Assembly: GCA_050178385.1 (NCBI GenBank)
Contig: JBFXGD010000062.1
Coordinates: 1-17,657 of the forward strand
Length of the DNA stretch: 17,657 nt
From: Calditrichaceae bacterium
GTDB lineage: Bacteria; Calditrichota; Calditrichia; Calditrichales; JBFXGD01
Direction of reading: 5' to 3'
In this document: positions 1 to 9,756 of the stretch, piece after piece
Layout: each line of letters opens with the position of its first letter
Numbering within the stretch: the stretch's first letter is position 1
Position numbers and translations under genes: made by a program
The notes under the pieces: model-generated
What the model saw: the letters and a program-made list of their open reading frames with translations, nothing else
What the model was told of the DNA's origin: nothing
Database searches by the model: none

Positions 1-367
1 ATTCAAAATCTTTATCTTTATTTGAAGCGTTTACCACAAGCAGAAATTTATCGCTGTACCGATAAACCAGCAGATCATCGACGATTCCGCCGTTCTTATA
101 ACACATGGCTGAATACTGCACCTGGCCGATGTCCAGTATCGACGCGTCATTTATTGTTATAAGCTGCGTCATTTCGAGCGCGCGGGGGCCGGTAATTTCA
201 ATTTCCCCCATATGTGAAACATCAAATACACCGACAGATTTCCTTACTCTTCTGTGTTCATCCCGAATACTGTGATATTGAATCGGCATTTGGAATCCGG
301 CAAATTCGACCATACGCGCACCGAGCTTTTCATGCACTTCGTATAATGCCGTTTTCTTTAACTCCAT
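1..367 (-). CDS. gcvT: Glycine cleavage system aminomethyltransferase T (N-terminal part; runs off the left edge)
   Basis: Not in the ORF track. Manual minus-strand translation from ATG at 367 gives [60 protein letters not shown]...[22 protein letters not shown]...[15 protein letters not shown], containing the GcvT motifs FDVSHMG, GGIVDD and VNASN. GGAG RBS lies in the end of plsY. Confidence 0.95.
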   Translation of the reverse strand, partial: MELKKTALYEVHEKLGARMVEFAGFQMPIQYHSIRDEHRRVRKSVGVFDVSHMGEIEITGPRALEMTQLITINDASILDIGQVQYSAMCYKNGGIVDDLLVYRYSDKFLLVVNASNKDKDFE

Positions 368-371
368 TTTT

Positions 372-986
372 TTATTCTCCGTTATTAATAGAAATTCTTT
401 TGTGTTCTACAAGATCCGGAATACGCTCCAGATGTTTAAAGAATATAAGCATACAAACCGGCAAAATCATCAACAGAATATCATTTGTATAAAGCCATTC
501 TCTTGTAAAAAAAACGATTACCGGAAGTAAAAATGTGGCTACCATATTGGCAACGATATGCTTGCGTATCAGCAAATAGAATATACCCCAAACCGCCAAC
601 CAGATGAGCACCAGGGTCGGCTCAAGGGCAAGAAGCGCCCCGGCGGTTACCGCCAGCCCCCGGCCGCCTTTAAATTTCAGCCAAACAGGGTAAATATGTC
701 CGGCCAGAACACCGGGAACCAATGCCATGAGAAAGATAAAATCCATCGGCATAATCCGGGTAAAATACCAGGCAGGCAGAAATCCTTTCAGCAGATCGAG
801 AATCAGCACCAGGATACCGACAGCGGCATTCCGGCTGGTTCTGAATGCATTCAATGCCCCCACATTCCCCGACCCCTGTTCGCGAACATCTTTTTTTGAT
901 GTAAATTTAATAATCAGATACGCGCTTGGAAAAGATCCGAACAAGTAGGAGACAATAAAAAGCAGAATGTAATTTGTAAATGTCAT
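372..986 (-). CDS. plsY: Glycerol-3-phosphate acyltransferase PlsY
   Basis: 204-aa hydrophobic protein with PlsY motifs [42 protein letters not shown] and C-terminal KHLERIPDL. Confidence 0.93.
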   Translation of the reverse strand: MTFTNYILLFIVSYLFGSFPSAYLIIKFTSKKDVREQGSGNVGALNAFRTSRNAAVGILVLILDLLKGFLPAWYFTRIMPMDFIFLMALVPGVLAGHIYPVWLKFKGGRGLAVTAGALLALEPTLVLIWLAVWGIFYLLIRKHIVANMVATFLLPVIVFFTREWLYTNDILLMILPVCMLIFFKHLERIPDLVEHKRISINNGE

Positions 987-1176
987 TTTACGCGGCCTTC
1001 GGTATCAATGAATTGATGTTACCAGTCTTTATATTACCCTGGGATAAAGTATTCATTTTAATTCCGGATCGCAACCGCCATCCGGCTGACCCGGGATTTA
1101 AACAGTATCTCCCATTCAGGCATCGCCCGAAATTAAACCCTGCCAACTTTTAAATCAAGTTCGATCCGGTAAAATT

Positions 1177-4008
1177 TTATCGTCCGTTTTGAAATTCAAT
1201 ATCAAGGAATTTTCCGGTGTACGAGTCAGGTGATACCGCCACCTCCTCAGGAGTCCCGGAAGCAACAACCAACCCGCCCCTGTCGCCTCCTTCAGGACCG
1301 ATATCGATTATCCAGTCGGCTGTTTTAATCACATCCAGATTATGTTCAATCACAACGACCGTATTTCCTTTATCCACCAGTTTATTGAGCACATTTAACA
1401 GCATATTGATATCTTCAAAATGCAGTCCCGTCGTTGGCTCATCCAATATATACAATGTATTGCCGGTTCCGACTTTTGAGAGCTCTGTGGCCAGTTTTAC
1501 CCGCTGAGCCTCGCCTCCTGAGAGGGTTGTGGCCGACTGCCCCAGATGTATATAACCGAGACCCACATCAGAAAGCGTTTTCAATCGGCGGTAAACTGCG
1601 GGAATATTCGCGAGAAACTCCATCGCCTGATTGACGGTCATATCCAGCAGTTCGGCGATCGATTTCCCTTTGTATTTTATCTGCAATGTCTCCCGGTTAT
1701 AGCGTTTGCCCTTGCATGCCTCACACTGAACATATACATCCGGCAAAAAGTGCATCTCGATTTTTTTGATGCCGTCGCCTTCGCAGCTTTCACATCTACC
1801 GCCCTTAACGTTAAAACTGAATCTGCCGGGCTTATACCCGCGGATTTTTGCTTCGGGGAGCTGACTGAAGATATCCCTGATTGGTGTAAAGAGTCCGGTA
1901 TAAGTAGCCGGATTGGATCGAGGCGTTCGGCCAATCGGCGACTGATCCAGATCTATCACTTTATCAATATGGTTGATTCCTTTGATACGTTCATGAGGAA
2001 GCGGAGTCTTTTTCGCGCTATAAAAATGACGCGCAAGCGCGGCAAACAATGTTTCATTCACTAAAGAACTCTTCCCGGAACCGGAAACACCTGTCACGCA
2101 AATCAGTTTTCCAAGCGGGAAACGGGCATTTATTTTTTTCAGATTATTACCCCGGGCGCCTATCACTTCAAGAAATTTCTTATTCCCTTTACGACGATCC
2201 GGCGGCACTGGAATCTTTTTTATATTTGAAAGATACATCCCGGTCAGGCTGTTTTTATTGGCCGCGATTTTAGAAGGCGATCCGGCAGCGACCACTTCTC
2301 CGCCATGAATACCGGCGCGCGGACCAAGGTCAATCACATAATCCGCCGATTCAATCGTCTCGCGGTCGTGCTCTACTACAAGAACCGTGTTCCCGAGATC
2401 CCGTAGATGTTTTAATGTGTGTATGAGTTTTTGATTATCCCGCTGATGAAGACCGATACTCGGCTCATCTAATATGTAAAGCACACCCACCAACTGTGAA
2501 CCAATTTGCGTGGCCAGTCGGATACGCTGAGCTTCTCCGCCGGAAAGTGTGCCGGCCGCTCTGGTAAGTGTTAAATATTCAAGACCGACATTCACCAGAA
2601 ACTGCAGACGCTGTTTTACTTCTTTTAAAATCTGATGGGCGATTGTTTTATCCTGTTCGTTCAGCTTAATATTTTCAAAAAAAACCGCCTGCTCTTTGAT
2701 GGACAAATCCGTCAGCTGTGAGATATTCGTGTCATTGATTGTGATGGAAAGTGCTTCTTTTTTTAGCCTTGTCCCGCCGCACTCACTGCATTCAACATTG
2801 TTCATATACCCTTCAATCCATCTGCGGACATGCTGGGAACTGGTTTGTTTATAGCGGCGAAGAAGATTGTTTACAATTCCCTCATAACGGCTAAGCCATT
2901 CCACATAGGTATTCTTACGTTTGTAAGTGAACTTTACTTCCTCTTCCCCGAGACCGTAAAGAATGATGCTTCTGATCTTTTCGGGCAGCTTTTTCCAGGG
3001 AGTATCCAGACTGAAATCATAGGCGTTGGAGAGACTTTGAACCATTTCAAACAACCAGCCCTCATTCCGTCCACCCAGAACTTTTATTGCCCCCTGCCTG
3101 ATGGTCAGATTTACATCCGGGACAATAAGATCCGGATCGATTTCGGTCAACGCGCCCAACCCGTCACATTTCGGACAGGCCCCGTATGGACTGTTAAATG
3201 AAAACATACGCGGCACCGGTTCTTCAAAAGAAAGATTACAATGCGGACAGGCAAATTGCTCACTGAAAAGTACATCTTCCTTTGTATCGGCTTTGTTGAT
3301 AAAAACAAGACCTGATGATTGTTTTAAGGCGAGTTCAACTGAATCCGTGAGGCGCTTTTGTATATCGGATCCGACGACAAGACGGTCAATGACCAGCTCG
3401 ACATCGTGCTTTTTGTTTTTTACCAGCTCAATTTCATCATCAAGAGAATAAATTTTACCGTCAACCCTGGCCCGGACAAATCCATCCTTCGCGAACTGGT
3501 TGAACAGTTCTTTGTATTCACCCTTTCGTCCGCGTATCACCGATGCCAGAACCTGAATTTTAGTTCCTTCAGGCCAGGCAAGTATTATATCCACAATCTG
3601 CTGAACGGTCTGTTTTTCAACCGGCCGGCCGCATTGATAGCAATGCGGTTTTCCGATTCTTGCAAAGAGCAGACGGTAATAATCATAGATTTCGGTCACT
3701 GTTCCGACTGTTGATCGCGGGTTGCGGCTGGTGGATTTTTGTTCGATTGAGATGGCGGGTGATAGGCCGTCTATATAATCCACATCCGGTTTTTCCATCA
3801 ATCCCAAAAACTGACGGGCATACGCGCTCAGGGATTCCACATAGCGGCGCTGTCCTTCCGCGTAGATGGTATCAAAAGCCAAACTTGATTTTCCTGATCC
3901 GGACAACCCGGTAATGACTACAAATTTATCTCTCGGTATCTGAACATCTATATTTTTTAAATTATGTTCACGCGCGCCTTTAACAACGATTAAATTCTTT
4001 CTCGACAT
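1177..4008 (-). CDS. uvrA: Excinuclease ABC subunit A
   Basis: GAREHNLKN start motif, two Walker A motifs ([18 protein letters not shown]), two LSGGEAQR signatures, CxxC zinc fingers and LDEP Walker B. Start placed at ATG 4008 ([11 protein letters not shown]) rather than the ORF-track start at 4101. Confidence 0.97.
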   Translation of the reverse strand: MSRKNLIVVKGAREHNLKNIDVQIPRDKFVVITGLSGSGKSSLAFDTIYAEGQRRYVESLSAYARQFLGLMEKPDVDYIDGLSPAISIEQKSTSRNPRSTVGTVTEIYDYYRLLFARIGKPHCYQCGRPVEKQTVQQIVDIILAWPEGTKIQVLASVIRGRKGEYKELFNQFAKDGFVRARVDGKIYSLDDEIELVKNKKHDVELVIDRLVVGSDIQKRLTDSVELALKQSSGLVFINKADTKEDVLFSEQFACPHCNLSFEEPVPRMFSFNSPYGACPKCDGLGALTEIDPDLIVPDVNLTIRQGAIKVLGGRNEGWLFEMVQSLSNAYDFSLDTPWKKLPEKIRSIILYGLGEEEVKFTYKRKNTYVEWLSRYEGIVNNLLRRYKQTSSQHVRRWIEGYMNNVECSECGGTRLKKEALSITINDTNISQLTDLSIKEQAVFFENIKLNEQDKTIAHQILKEVKQRLQFLVNVGLEYLTLTRAAGTLSGGEAQRIRLATQIGSQLVGVLYILDEPSIGLHQRDNQKLIHTLKHLRDLGNTVLVVEHDRETIESADYVIDLGPRAGIHGGEVVAAGSPSKIAANKNSLTGMYLSNIKKIPVPPDRRKGNKKFLEVIGARGNNLKKINARFPLGKLICVTGVSGSGKSSLVNETLFAALARHFYSAKKTPLPHERIKGINHIDKVIDLDQSPIGRTPRSNPATYTGLFTPIRDIFSQLPEAKIRGYKPGRFSFNVKGGRCESCEGDGIKKIEMHFLPDVYVQCEACKGKRYNRETLQIKYKGKSIAELLDMTVNQAMEFLANIPAVYRRLKTLSDVGLGYIHLGQSATTLSGGEAQRVKLATELSKVGTGNTLYILDEPTTGLHFEDINMLLNVLNKLVDKGNTVVVIEHNLDVIKTADWIIDIGPEGGDRGGLVVASGTPEEVAVSPDSYTGKFLDIEFQNGR

Positions 4009-4059
4009 ATATCTTTTCCAGACCTTAATTTTAATTCCGGTAAAAGGGAATCTGATGAT

Positions 4060-4091
4060 AAAAAATCCGGCCGTCAGATGACCGGATTTTT
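4060..4091. terminator. Probable intrinsic terminator between the usp gene and uvrA
   Basis: AAAAAATCCGG-CCGTCAGATGA-CCGGATTTTT: GC-rich inverted repeat with an A-tract on the left and a T-tract on the right, ~60 nt past the usp stop codon. It could act on either strand. Confidence 0.7.
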
Positions 4092-4150
4092 CCATATTCA
4101 TATTGCGGAAAATCGTTATCCGGGAAGATTAAACTCAAATTTCCGGCTGC

Positions 4151-5041
4151 TTAAATGACCCTCTCTAATTTAAGGCTCAGTATCGGCCGGTCAACCGATC
4201 TGATTACTTTTTCAGTGGTACTGCCAAGCAGGAACCGGTCAAGACCGACCAGTCCGTGTGTTGCCATAACAATCAGATCAATATCATTATCGGTGACAAA
4301 TTTGGCTATTTCTTTTGAAGGAATTCCTTCCACAACTCGTTTATTTATTTTTACCTTTTTTGAATTTTTGATCTCCGCGATAACCTCATCCATTCTTTTT
4401 TTGGCTTTCTCCCTGATATCCGGAATCACATCAAAAATTGATTTCATCCCCCAGGCATATAAGGCGGGATGCACATCTTTATCAACCACATACAACAAAT
4501 TCAGTTCCGCGTTCTGTGATGTGGTAAATGAAAGAGCCGTTTCCAGAGCCAGTCTCGCATGATCGCTAAAATCAAATGGTACAAGCATTTTTGTAAACGC
4601 TCTGTCAAATATAAAATTCCGGTTAATTGTCAGCACCGGGCAGGGAGCGTAACGTACAATTTTTTCGGCAACGCTGCCGATTAAAAAGTGTCCAATGCCC
4701 GTTCTTCCGTGTGTGCCGATAACAACAAGGTCAAAAGGATTGTCATTTAAATATCCAAGAATAGCCGATGGCGCGGAGTATCCCTTAACAATACTGTGTT
4801 TAAAGCGAATATTTTCATGTTTTTGTAATTTGACTTTTATCTCATTGTTCAGCCGTTTTTCTATCTCGTCGAGATCCATCATTTTGTTGGCAATTTTTGA
4901 AGGATCATCTTCGTACATAACACGGGCATGCAACACCACCAGTTCCGCGTCATGCTCCACCGCCAGATAGATCGCCTGATCAAGCGCGTGATTCGCTGTC
5001 TCTGAAAAATCGGTGGGCATCAAAATTCTATCAATTTTCAT
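4151..5041 (-). CDS. Universal stress protein with two tandem USP domains
   Basis: Two USP repeats: ILMPTDFS...DLVVIGTHGRTGIGHFLIGSVAEKIVRYAPCPVL and MLVPFDFS...DLIVMATHGLVGLDRFLLGSTTEKVIRSVDRPIL. Confidence 0.95.
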   Translation of the reverse strand: MKIDRILMPTDFSETANHALDQAIYLAVEHDAELVVLHARVMYEDDPSKIANKMMDLDEIEKRLNNEIKVKLQKHENIRFKHSIVKGYSAPSAILGYLNDNPFDLVVIGTHGRTGIGHFLIGSVAEKIVRYAPCPVLTINRNFIFDRAFTKMLVPFDFSDHARLALETALSFTTSQNAELNLLYVVDKDVHPALYAWGMKSIFDVIPDIREKAKKRMDEVIAEIKNSKKVKINKRVVEGIPSKEIAKFVTDNDIDLIVMATHGLVGLDRFLLGSTTEKVIRSVDRPILSLKLERVI

Positions 5042-5297
5042 CTTTCACCCCCAATTAATATTGATGTATAATTTAATTCAATATTAGCGTTTGTCACAAT
5101 TATTTTTCTGAAAGTTTTAAAAACATGAAAGTCAGGCAGGCCGGAAGAATTTTGAGTTTTTTAAAATATTGAAATTACGATTTCTGTATAGAGCAGTCGT
5201 AAAAAATTATTCAGATCATTGCAAAGATCCGATGGTTTCAACGACGTTTCGCCTTATGCTGTGCGGAAGTTCCTCCGGTTGAGCAGATGCCCAATTC

Positions 5298-6653
5298 TTA
5301 TGTAATATTGTATTTCTTGAGCTTTGACATGAATGTACTTCGATTAATTTTGAGCATTTTTGCTGTCTGAAATTTATTGAAATTATTTTTCTCGAGAGCG
5401 TCAAGAATCATATTTCTTTCAAAATCATCGACAAGATTTGATAATCCGCCATTCAGATCATAATGGGCAACATCTTTCTGCAATTCCGCGATATATGGAG
5501 GCAGGTCATCCATTTTAAACATATTTGATTTATTCAGAACAACAATCCGTTCAATCAAGTTTTCAAGTTCACGGATATTCCCCGGATAATCATAATTTTC
5601 TAATAACTTAAGCACCTTTGGCTCAATATCTCTGATTTTTTTACCGTAGATTTTATTGAATTTCTCCATAAAATGGTAAATCAGGTACTTAATGTCATCG
5701 CGCCGCTCTTTTAACGGCGGGACTTCGATTGGAATGACGTTCAGACGATAATATAAATCGTGCCGAAACGTTCCTTCTTCCATAGCCTTTTCGAGATTTT
5801 TATTGGTTGCCGCCACAATCCGGACATCAACCTTTATGGTTTCGGTGCCCCCTACCCGCTCAAATTCTCCTTCCTGGATCACACGCAGTAATTTTAGCTG
5901 CATATTCAGGGAAATATCCCCGATTTCATCCAAAAATAACGTTCCGCCATTGGCGAGTTCAAACCGTCCTATTTTATCCTTTATCGCGCCCGTGAAAGCT
6001 CCGCGTACATGACCAAACAATTCGCTTTCCAAAAGGCTTTCCGCAAGAACGCCGCAGTTAATTTTCACAAACGGTCTTTTAAATCTGAGGCTGTTATAGT
6101 GAATGGCGTTAGCGATCAATTCCTTACCGGTTCCGCTCTCGCCGCGTATTAAAACCGTAGTGTTTGTTTGCGCCACATCTGTAACAAGCCGGAACAGTTC
6201 TTTAATTTTATCGGTTTTACCGATCATATTTGTAAAATCATATTTTTGCTGAAGTTTATTCAGCAGATATTCATTTTCCTTAAGCAGTGAGCTTAACTGA
6301 GAAATCCGCTCCACCTTCGCCAGAATCTCATCAAGTCTCAATGGTTTTAAAATATAATCCCGCGCGCCCATTTTCATAGCTTCGACAGCAGTCTCGATCG
6401 TTCCGTGAGCAGTGACCATGATGACAGGAATGTTCGGGTACTCTTTGTTCAAAACCTGTAAAAACTGCATTCCGTCCATCTCCGGCATCCGGATATCCGT
6501 CAGAATGATATCAGGTTCATCTTCTTTAATACAGGCGAGAGCTTCCAGCCCGTTTGTGGCGGTTGCCGCTTCATATCCTTTACTTTCAAAGAGTTCTTCC
6601 ATTAACTCAAGAGCATCAATCTCATCATCGACAATCAATAACCTGGTTTTCAT
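5298..6653 (-). CDS. Sigma54-dependent response regulator, NtrC/AtoC family (receiver, AAA+ and Fis-type HTH)
   Basis: Receiver LIVDDE...ILTDIRMP...YILKP, Walker A GESGTGKE, ESELFGH, GAFTGA, LFLDEIG, DLYYRLNV, YPGNIREL and C-terminal HTH. ATG at 6653 overlaps the upstream TGA (TGATG), with a GGAGG RBS. Confidence 0.95.
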   Translation of the reverse strand: MKTRLLIVDDEIDALELMEELFESKGYEAATATNGLEALACIKEDEPDIILTDIRMPEMDGMQFLQVLNKEYPNIPVIMVTAHGTIETAVEAMKMGARDYILKPLRLDEILAKVERISQLSSLLKENEYLLNKLQQKYDFTNMIGKTDKIKELFRLVTDVAQTNTTVLIRGESGTGKELIANAIHYNSLRFKRPFVKINCGVLAESLLESELFGHVRGAFTGAIKDKIGRFELANGGTLFLDEIGDISLNMQLKLLRVIQEGEFERVGGTETIKVDVRIVAATNKNLEKAMEEGTFRHDLYYRLNVIPIEVPPLKERRDDIKYLIYHFMEKFNKIYGKKIRDIEPKVLKLLENYDYPGNIRELENLIERIVVLNKSNMFKMDDLPPYIAELQKDVAHYDLNGGLSNLVDDFERNMILDALEKNNFNKFQTAKMLKINRSTFMSKLKKYNIT

Positions 6654-8101
6654 CAAACCTCCGCATGAATATTCCCCGGAACGGGAAATAATATGGTGAG
6701 TATTTCTGTGGATTTATCTATTTGCTCCGTCTTAATCCTGCTGTTGTAATGGTTTAATATATGTTCAATAACGGTTAAATCAATCGATTTGGTTTTAGCT
6801 CCTGAACTGTCTGTTCCAAAAAAAGAACAAAAAGTCATTTCCTTGTTTATAATTTCTTCCTCATATTTCAGCCGGATATGCAGCCCGATCCGGTCTTCAC
6901 CCGAACTCATTTTCTGGAATTCCGTAACTACTTCCAGCTTCCCGTCCGATTTCAGATATTTAATTCCCAGTCCGACCAGGGTTTTCATTAAAATTTCAAA
7001 ATGCGAAATCTGTCCTGCCAGCGCGGGGATATTTTTATCAAATCTGAAATTTAGCATCTTCTCCGCTTTTATGACATCCGGCGCCAGTAACAGATTCTGC
7101 AGGATATCATTAATGTTTATCTTTTGAGGTATCGTGTCCTGTTTTAATCTGGCAAAACTGGTCAACTTGGTAATAATATCATTTATCCTATAAAGCTGAG
7201 AATTCATGGTATCAATATTTTTATCCATTTGTGTCTGATCAGCCTTCTCCGTTTTGAGCAGCTGAAGCCGTCCGGACATGATATTTACCGGATTAATCAA
7301 TTCATTCGCGATTGAATCCGCGAATTTTTCCAGAATTTTGTGTTCCGTGCTGATTAACTCCGGTACTTTCACATCAGCCGGCTTATTTGAACTCAACAGA
7401 TAAAGTGTTTCCGCCGTCTTGATAGGCGCGACGGTCACAAACCCTTCAATCTCATGATTTCCGGCGTCCCGAAACCGCAATTGATAATCTCTGACGCTGC
7501 CTCCCGGGTCGCTTAAAATCTCAATAAAGTATTTCCAAATCTTTTCACCGTCAACAAAATAATCCAGAAGTGAAGTTTCGGTATAAATCTCACCCGTAAT
7601 TTTCAGAAGGCTTTCCGCGGCCCGGTTCAGGAATAAAATATCTGCATCGTGATCAACAATTGCAACAAAATTTTCAAGAGCGGAAATGGACTCCCTTAAA
7701 ACTTCAATATCTGATATCCTGTCTAATTGCTTTTCCTGAAGCGAGTGATAAACATCGCCCAGAAGCACCGGCAGTTTAGAAGACAGCGAATCTTCCGTTA
7801 CAACATACCTGTATGGATGCTGAATGAGATCGTCTTTCCGGGGCAGATTTTTTAAGATCAGGATCAGGTGCGTATCCATCAATTGTGTGATTAAGGATTC
7901 ATCCGGGCTTCTTAAATGCCCGCTAAATTCGTAATCAACCAAAACAATATGATATTTTTTCTCTGCGACTAATTTTATGAATTTATTTAATGATGAAGAA
8001 CGATCAATGTTTTTGGGGACCGAATTAAAGACAGCTCCGGCAATTTTCGAAATAGTCGATTTTTTTTCAAAACAAAGAATGTTTAATATCGATTTACTCA
8101 T
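6653..8101 (-). CDS. Degenerate histidine-kinase-like protein (receiver-like, PAS, HisKA-like and eroded HATPase regions); probable pseudokinase
   Basis: N-terminal receiver-like pattern (NILCFE...YHIVLVDY), PAS-like AIVDHDADILFLNRAAESLL, H-box-like ADSIANELINPVNIMSG, X-box-like IITKLTSFAR and terminal LTILFPV. Canonical His, N-box and G-boxes are not recognisable. Confidence 0.7.
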   Translation of the reverse strand: MSKSILNILCFEKKSTISKIAGAVFNSVPKNIDRSSSLNKFIKLVAEKKYHIVLVDYEFSGHLRSPDESLITQLMDTHLILILKNLPRKDDLIQHPYRYVVTEDSLSSKLPVLLGDVYHSLQEKQLDRISDIEVLRESISALENFVAIVDHDADILFLNRAAESLLKITGEIYTETSLLDYFVDGEKIWKYFIEILSDPGGSVRDYQLRFRDAGNHEIEGFVTVAPIKTAETLYLLSSNKPADVKVPELISTEHKILEKFADSIANELINPVNIMSGRLQLLKTEKADQTQMDKNIDTMNSQLYRINDIITKLTSFARLKQDTIPQKININDILQNLLLAPDVIKAEKMLNFRFDKNIPALAGQISHFEILMKTLVGLGIKYLKSDGKLEVVTEFQKMSSGEDRIGLHIRLKYEEEIINKEMTFCSFFGTDSSGAKTKSIDLTVIEHILNHYNSRIKTEQIDKSTEILTILFPVPGNIHAEV

Positions 8102-9539
8102 CTTGAATTTGCCGGATATACCCGATAGCTTTCTCTAATCTTCTTAACACCTTATTTTTCCCAAGAATATATACCAGTTCAAATATTCCGGGACTGACTG
8201 TTTTACCCGTCAGGGCTAATCGTAACGGGTGTATAATTTTTGCGGCTGAAATATTATTCTCATCCGCTAAATTACGAATAAAATTTTCAGGTTCAATCGT
8301 GTTCTCATATACCGTGGACTCCGATTCAGCAAGCTCCCTGTTTAAAGACATCATCAATTCCAGGACACCATCCTTCAGAAAATGTTTCCGCACACCCTTT
8401 TCATCAAATTCCTTTGGATCTTCAAAATACAGACAAAGGGAATCCATTAGCTCTGATATGGTTCGCACCCGGTCTTTTTGCAGCTCTACCAGCAAATCAA
8501 ATCGCTCTTTATCGGATCCGGGGATGGCGATATCCGCTTTTTTCAGCCTCCGTTCTACTTCCGGCAGCACTTCCGTGACGGACATATTTGACAAATATTT
8601 ACCGTTCATCCAGTACAGCTTAGTTATATCAAACACAGCGGAACGTTTATTAATTCTCTCTTCGTCAAATCTTTTGATTAATTCATCTCTGGTCATAATT
8701 TCTGTGTCATCACCGGGTGACCATCCAAGCAGACAAAGAAAATTAAATAAAGACTCCGCGAAAATACCGTCTTTTTTGAATTCTTCAACGGAAGTGGCGC
8801 CGTGTCTTTTTGATAATCGCACCTTGTCCGGCCCCAGAATTAGCGGAACGTGACCAAATTCTGGAATTTCCCACCCCATTGATTTATATAACAAAATCTG
8901 CTTTGGGGTATTTGAGAGATGATCGTCACCCCGCAGCACTTTGGTGACCCCCATATCATGATCATCTACGACTACCGCCAGCTGATATACGGGAGTACCA
9001 TCCGATCGAAGGATAATAAAGTCATCAATTGTCTCATTTTGGACCCTGTTTTCACCATGAACCAGGTCGCTAAAAACCACTTCTCCGGCGGGGATTTTAA
9101 GTCTGACCGAATATGGCTCCCCCGCCTCAAGTTTAGTTTGAATTTCTTTTTCGGACAGATTCCGGCACGCTCCGTCATAACGGTAAATTTGTTTCTCTTT
9201 TTGCGCCAGTGACCGCTTTCCATCAAGGACATTTTTACTGCAGAAACAACGATAGGCATGGCCTTTTGCTACTAATTCATCAACAACTTCTTTGTGTCTT
9301 TCCTCCCGATGGCTTTGGTATTGGACCTCATCATCCCAGTCAATTCCGAGCCATTTGAGACTATCCAGTATTTGCTGTATTGATTCATCTGTAGAGCGTT
9401 CCCGGTCTGTATCTTCAATCCGCAGTAAAAATTTACCGCCTGATTTTCTTGCCGAAAGCCAGTTAAAAATAGCCGTCCTCGCCCCGCCCACGTGTAAGTA
9501 ACCTGTAGGGCTTGGAGCAAAACGTAATACCTGATTCAA
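8094..9539 (-). CDS. gltX: Glutamate--tRNA ligase
   Basis: RFAPSPTGYLHVGG (HIGH), LLRIEDTD, CFC...YDGAC zinc-site region, RGDDHL, LSKR (KMSKS) and PLRLALTG anticodon domain. TTG start with GGAG RBS. Confidence 0.96.
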   Translation of the reverse strand: MNQVLRFAPSPTGYLHVGGARTAIFNWLSARKSGGKFLLRIEDTDRERSTDESIQQILDSLKWLGIDWDDEVQYQSHREERHKEVVDELVAKGHAYRCFCSKNVLDGKRSLAQKEKQIYRYDGACRNLSEKEIQTKLEAGEPYSVRLKIPAGEVVFSDLVHGENRVQNETIDDFIILRSDGTPVYQLAVVVDDHDMGVTKVLRGDDHLSNTPKQILLYKSMGWEIPEFGHVPLILGPDKVRLSKRHGATSVEEFKKDGIFAESLFNFLCLLGWSPGDDTEIMTRDELIKRFDEERINKRSAVFDITKLYWMNGKYLSNMSVTEVLPEVERRLKKADIAIPGSDKERFDLLVELQKDRVRTISELMDSLCLYFEDPKEFDEKGVRKHFLKDGVLELMMSLNRELAESESTVYENTIEPENFIRNLADENNISAAKIIHPLRLALTGKTVSPGIFELVYILGKNKVLRRLEKAIGYIRQIQDE

Positions 9540-9635
9540 TTCTCACTCCATTTCTGAAATTTGCAAAAATTCACTTCCAAATTTTGATTATTAAACTACT
9601 ATTTTAATTTAGTTTAGTTTTGTTTTCAAGGCAAG

Positions 9636-9650
9636 TGATTTGACAAATCA
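9636..9650. promoter_or_regulatory. Candidate operator (7-1-7 palindrome) containing a TTGACA hexamer in the divergent gltX/MFS intergenic region
   Basis: TGATTTG-A-CAAATCA is a perfect inverted repeat, with TTGACA at 9640-9645. No well-spaced -10 element was found. Confidence 0.3.
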
Positions 9651-9756
9651 GATAATCCGGGCTTTCTCCGAAAAAATGAAATTTATTATTTTTAATTTTA
9701 TAAATACCCGCGGGTTTAATAAATTGTACATCCAGAATATCAAGAAAGTATAATAA

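Noticed and set aside
987..1176. Glycine riboswitch upstream of plsY-gcvT
   Set aside because: The minus strand has GGGAGA and CCGAAGG words, but they are too far apart and the CTYTCAGG element is missing. An Rfam scan would settle it.
4009..4101. 31-aa N-terminal extension of UvrA in the ORF track
   Set aside because: It runs through a terminator-like hairpin, and UvrA similarity begins at [11 protein letters not shown] (4008).
9629..9643. Sigma54 -24/-12 promoter (AGGCAAGTGATTTGA) for the MFS gene
   Set aside because: The -12 element reads TTGA rather than TTGC and the -24 match is imperfect, so the evidence is too weak.
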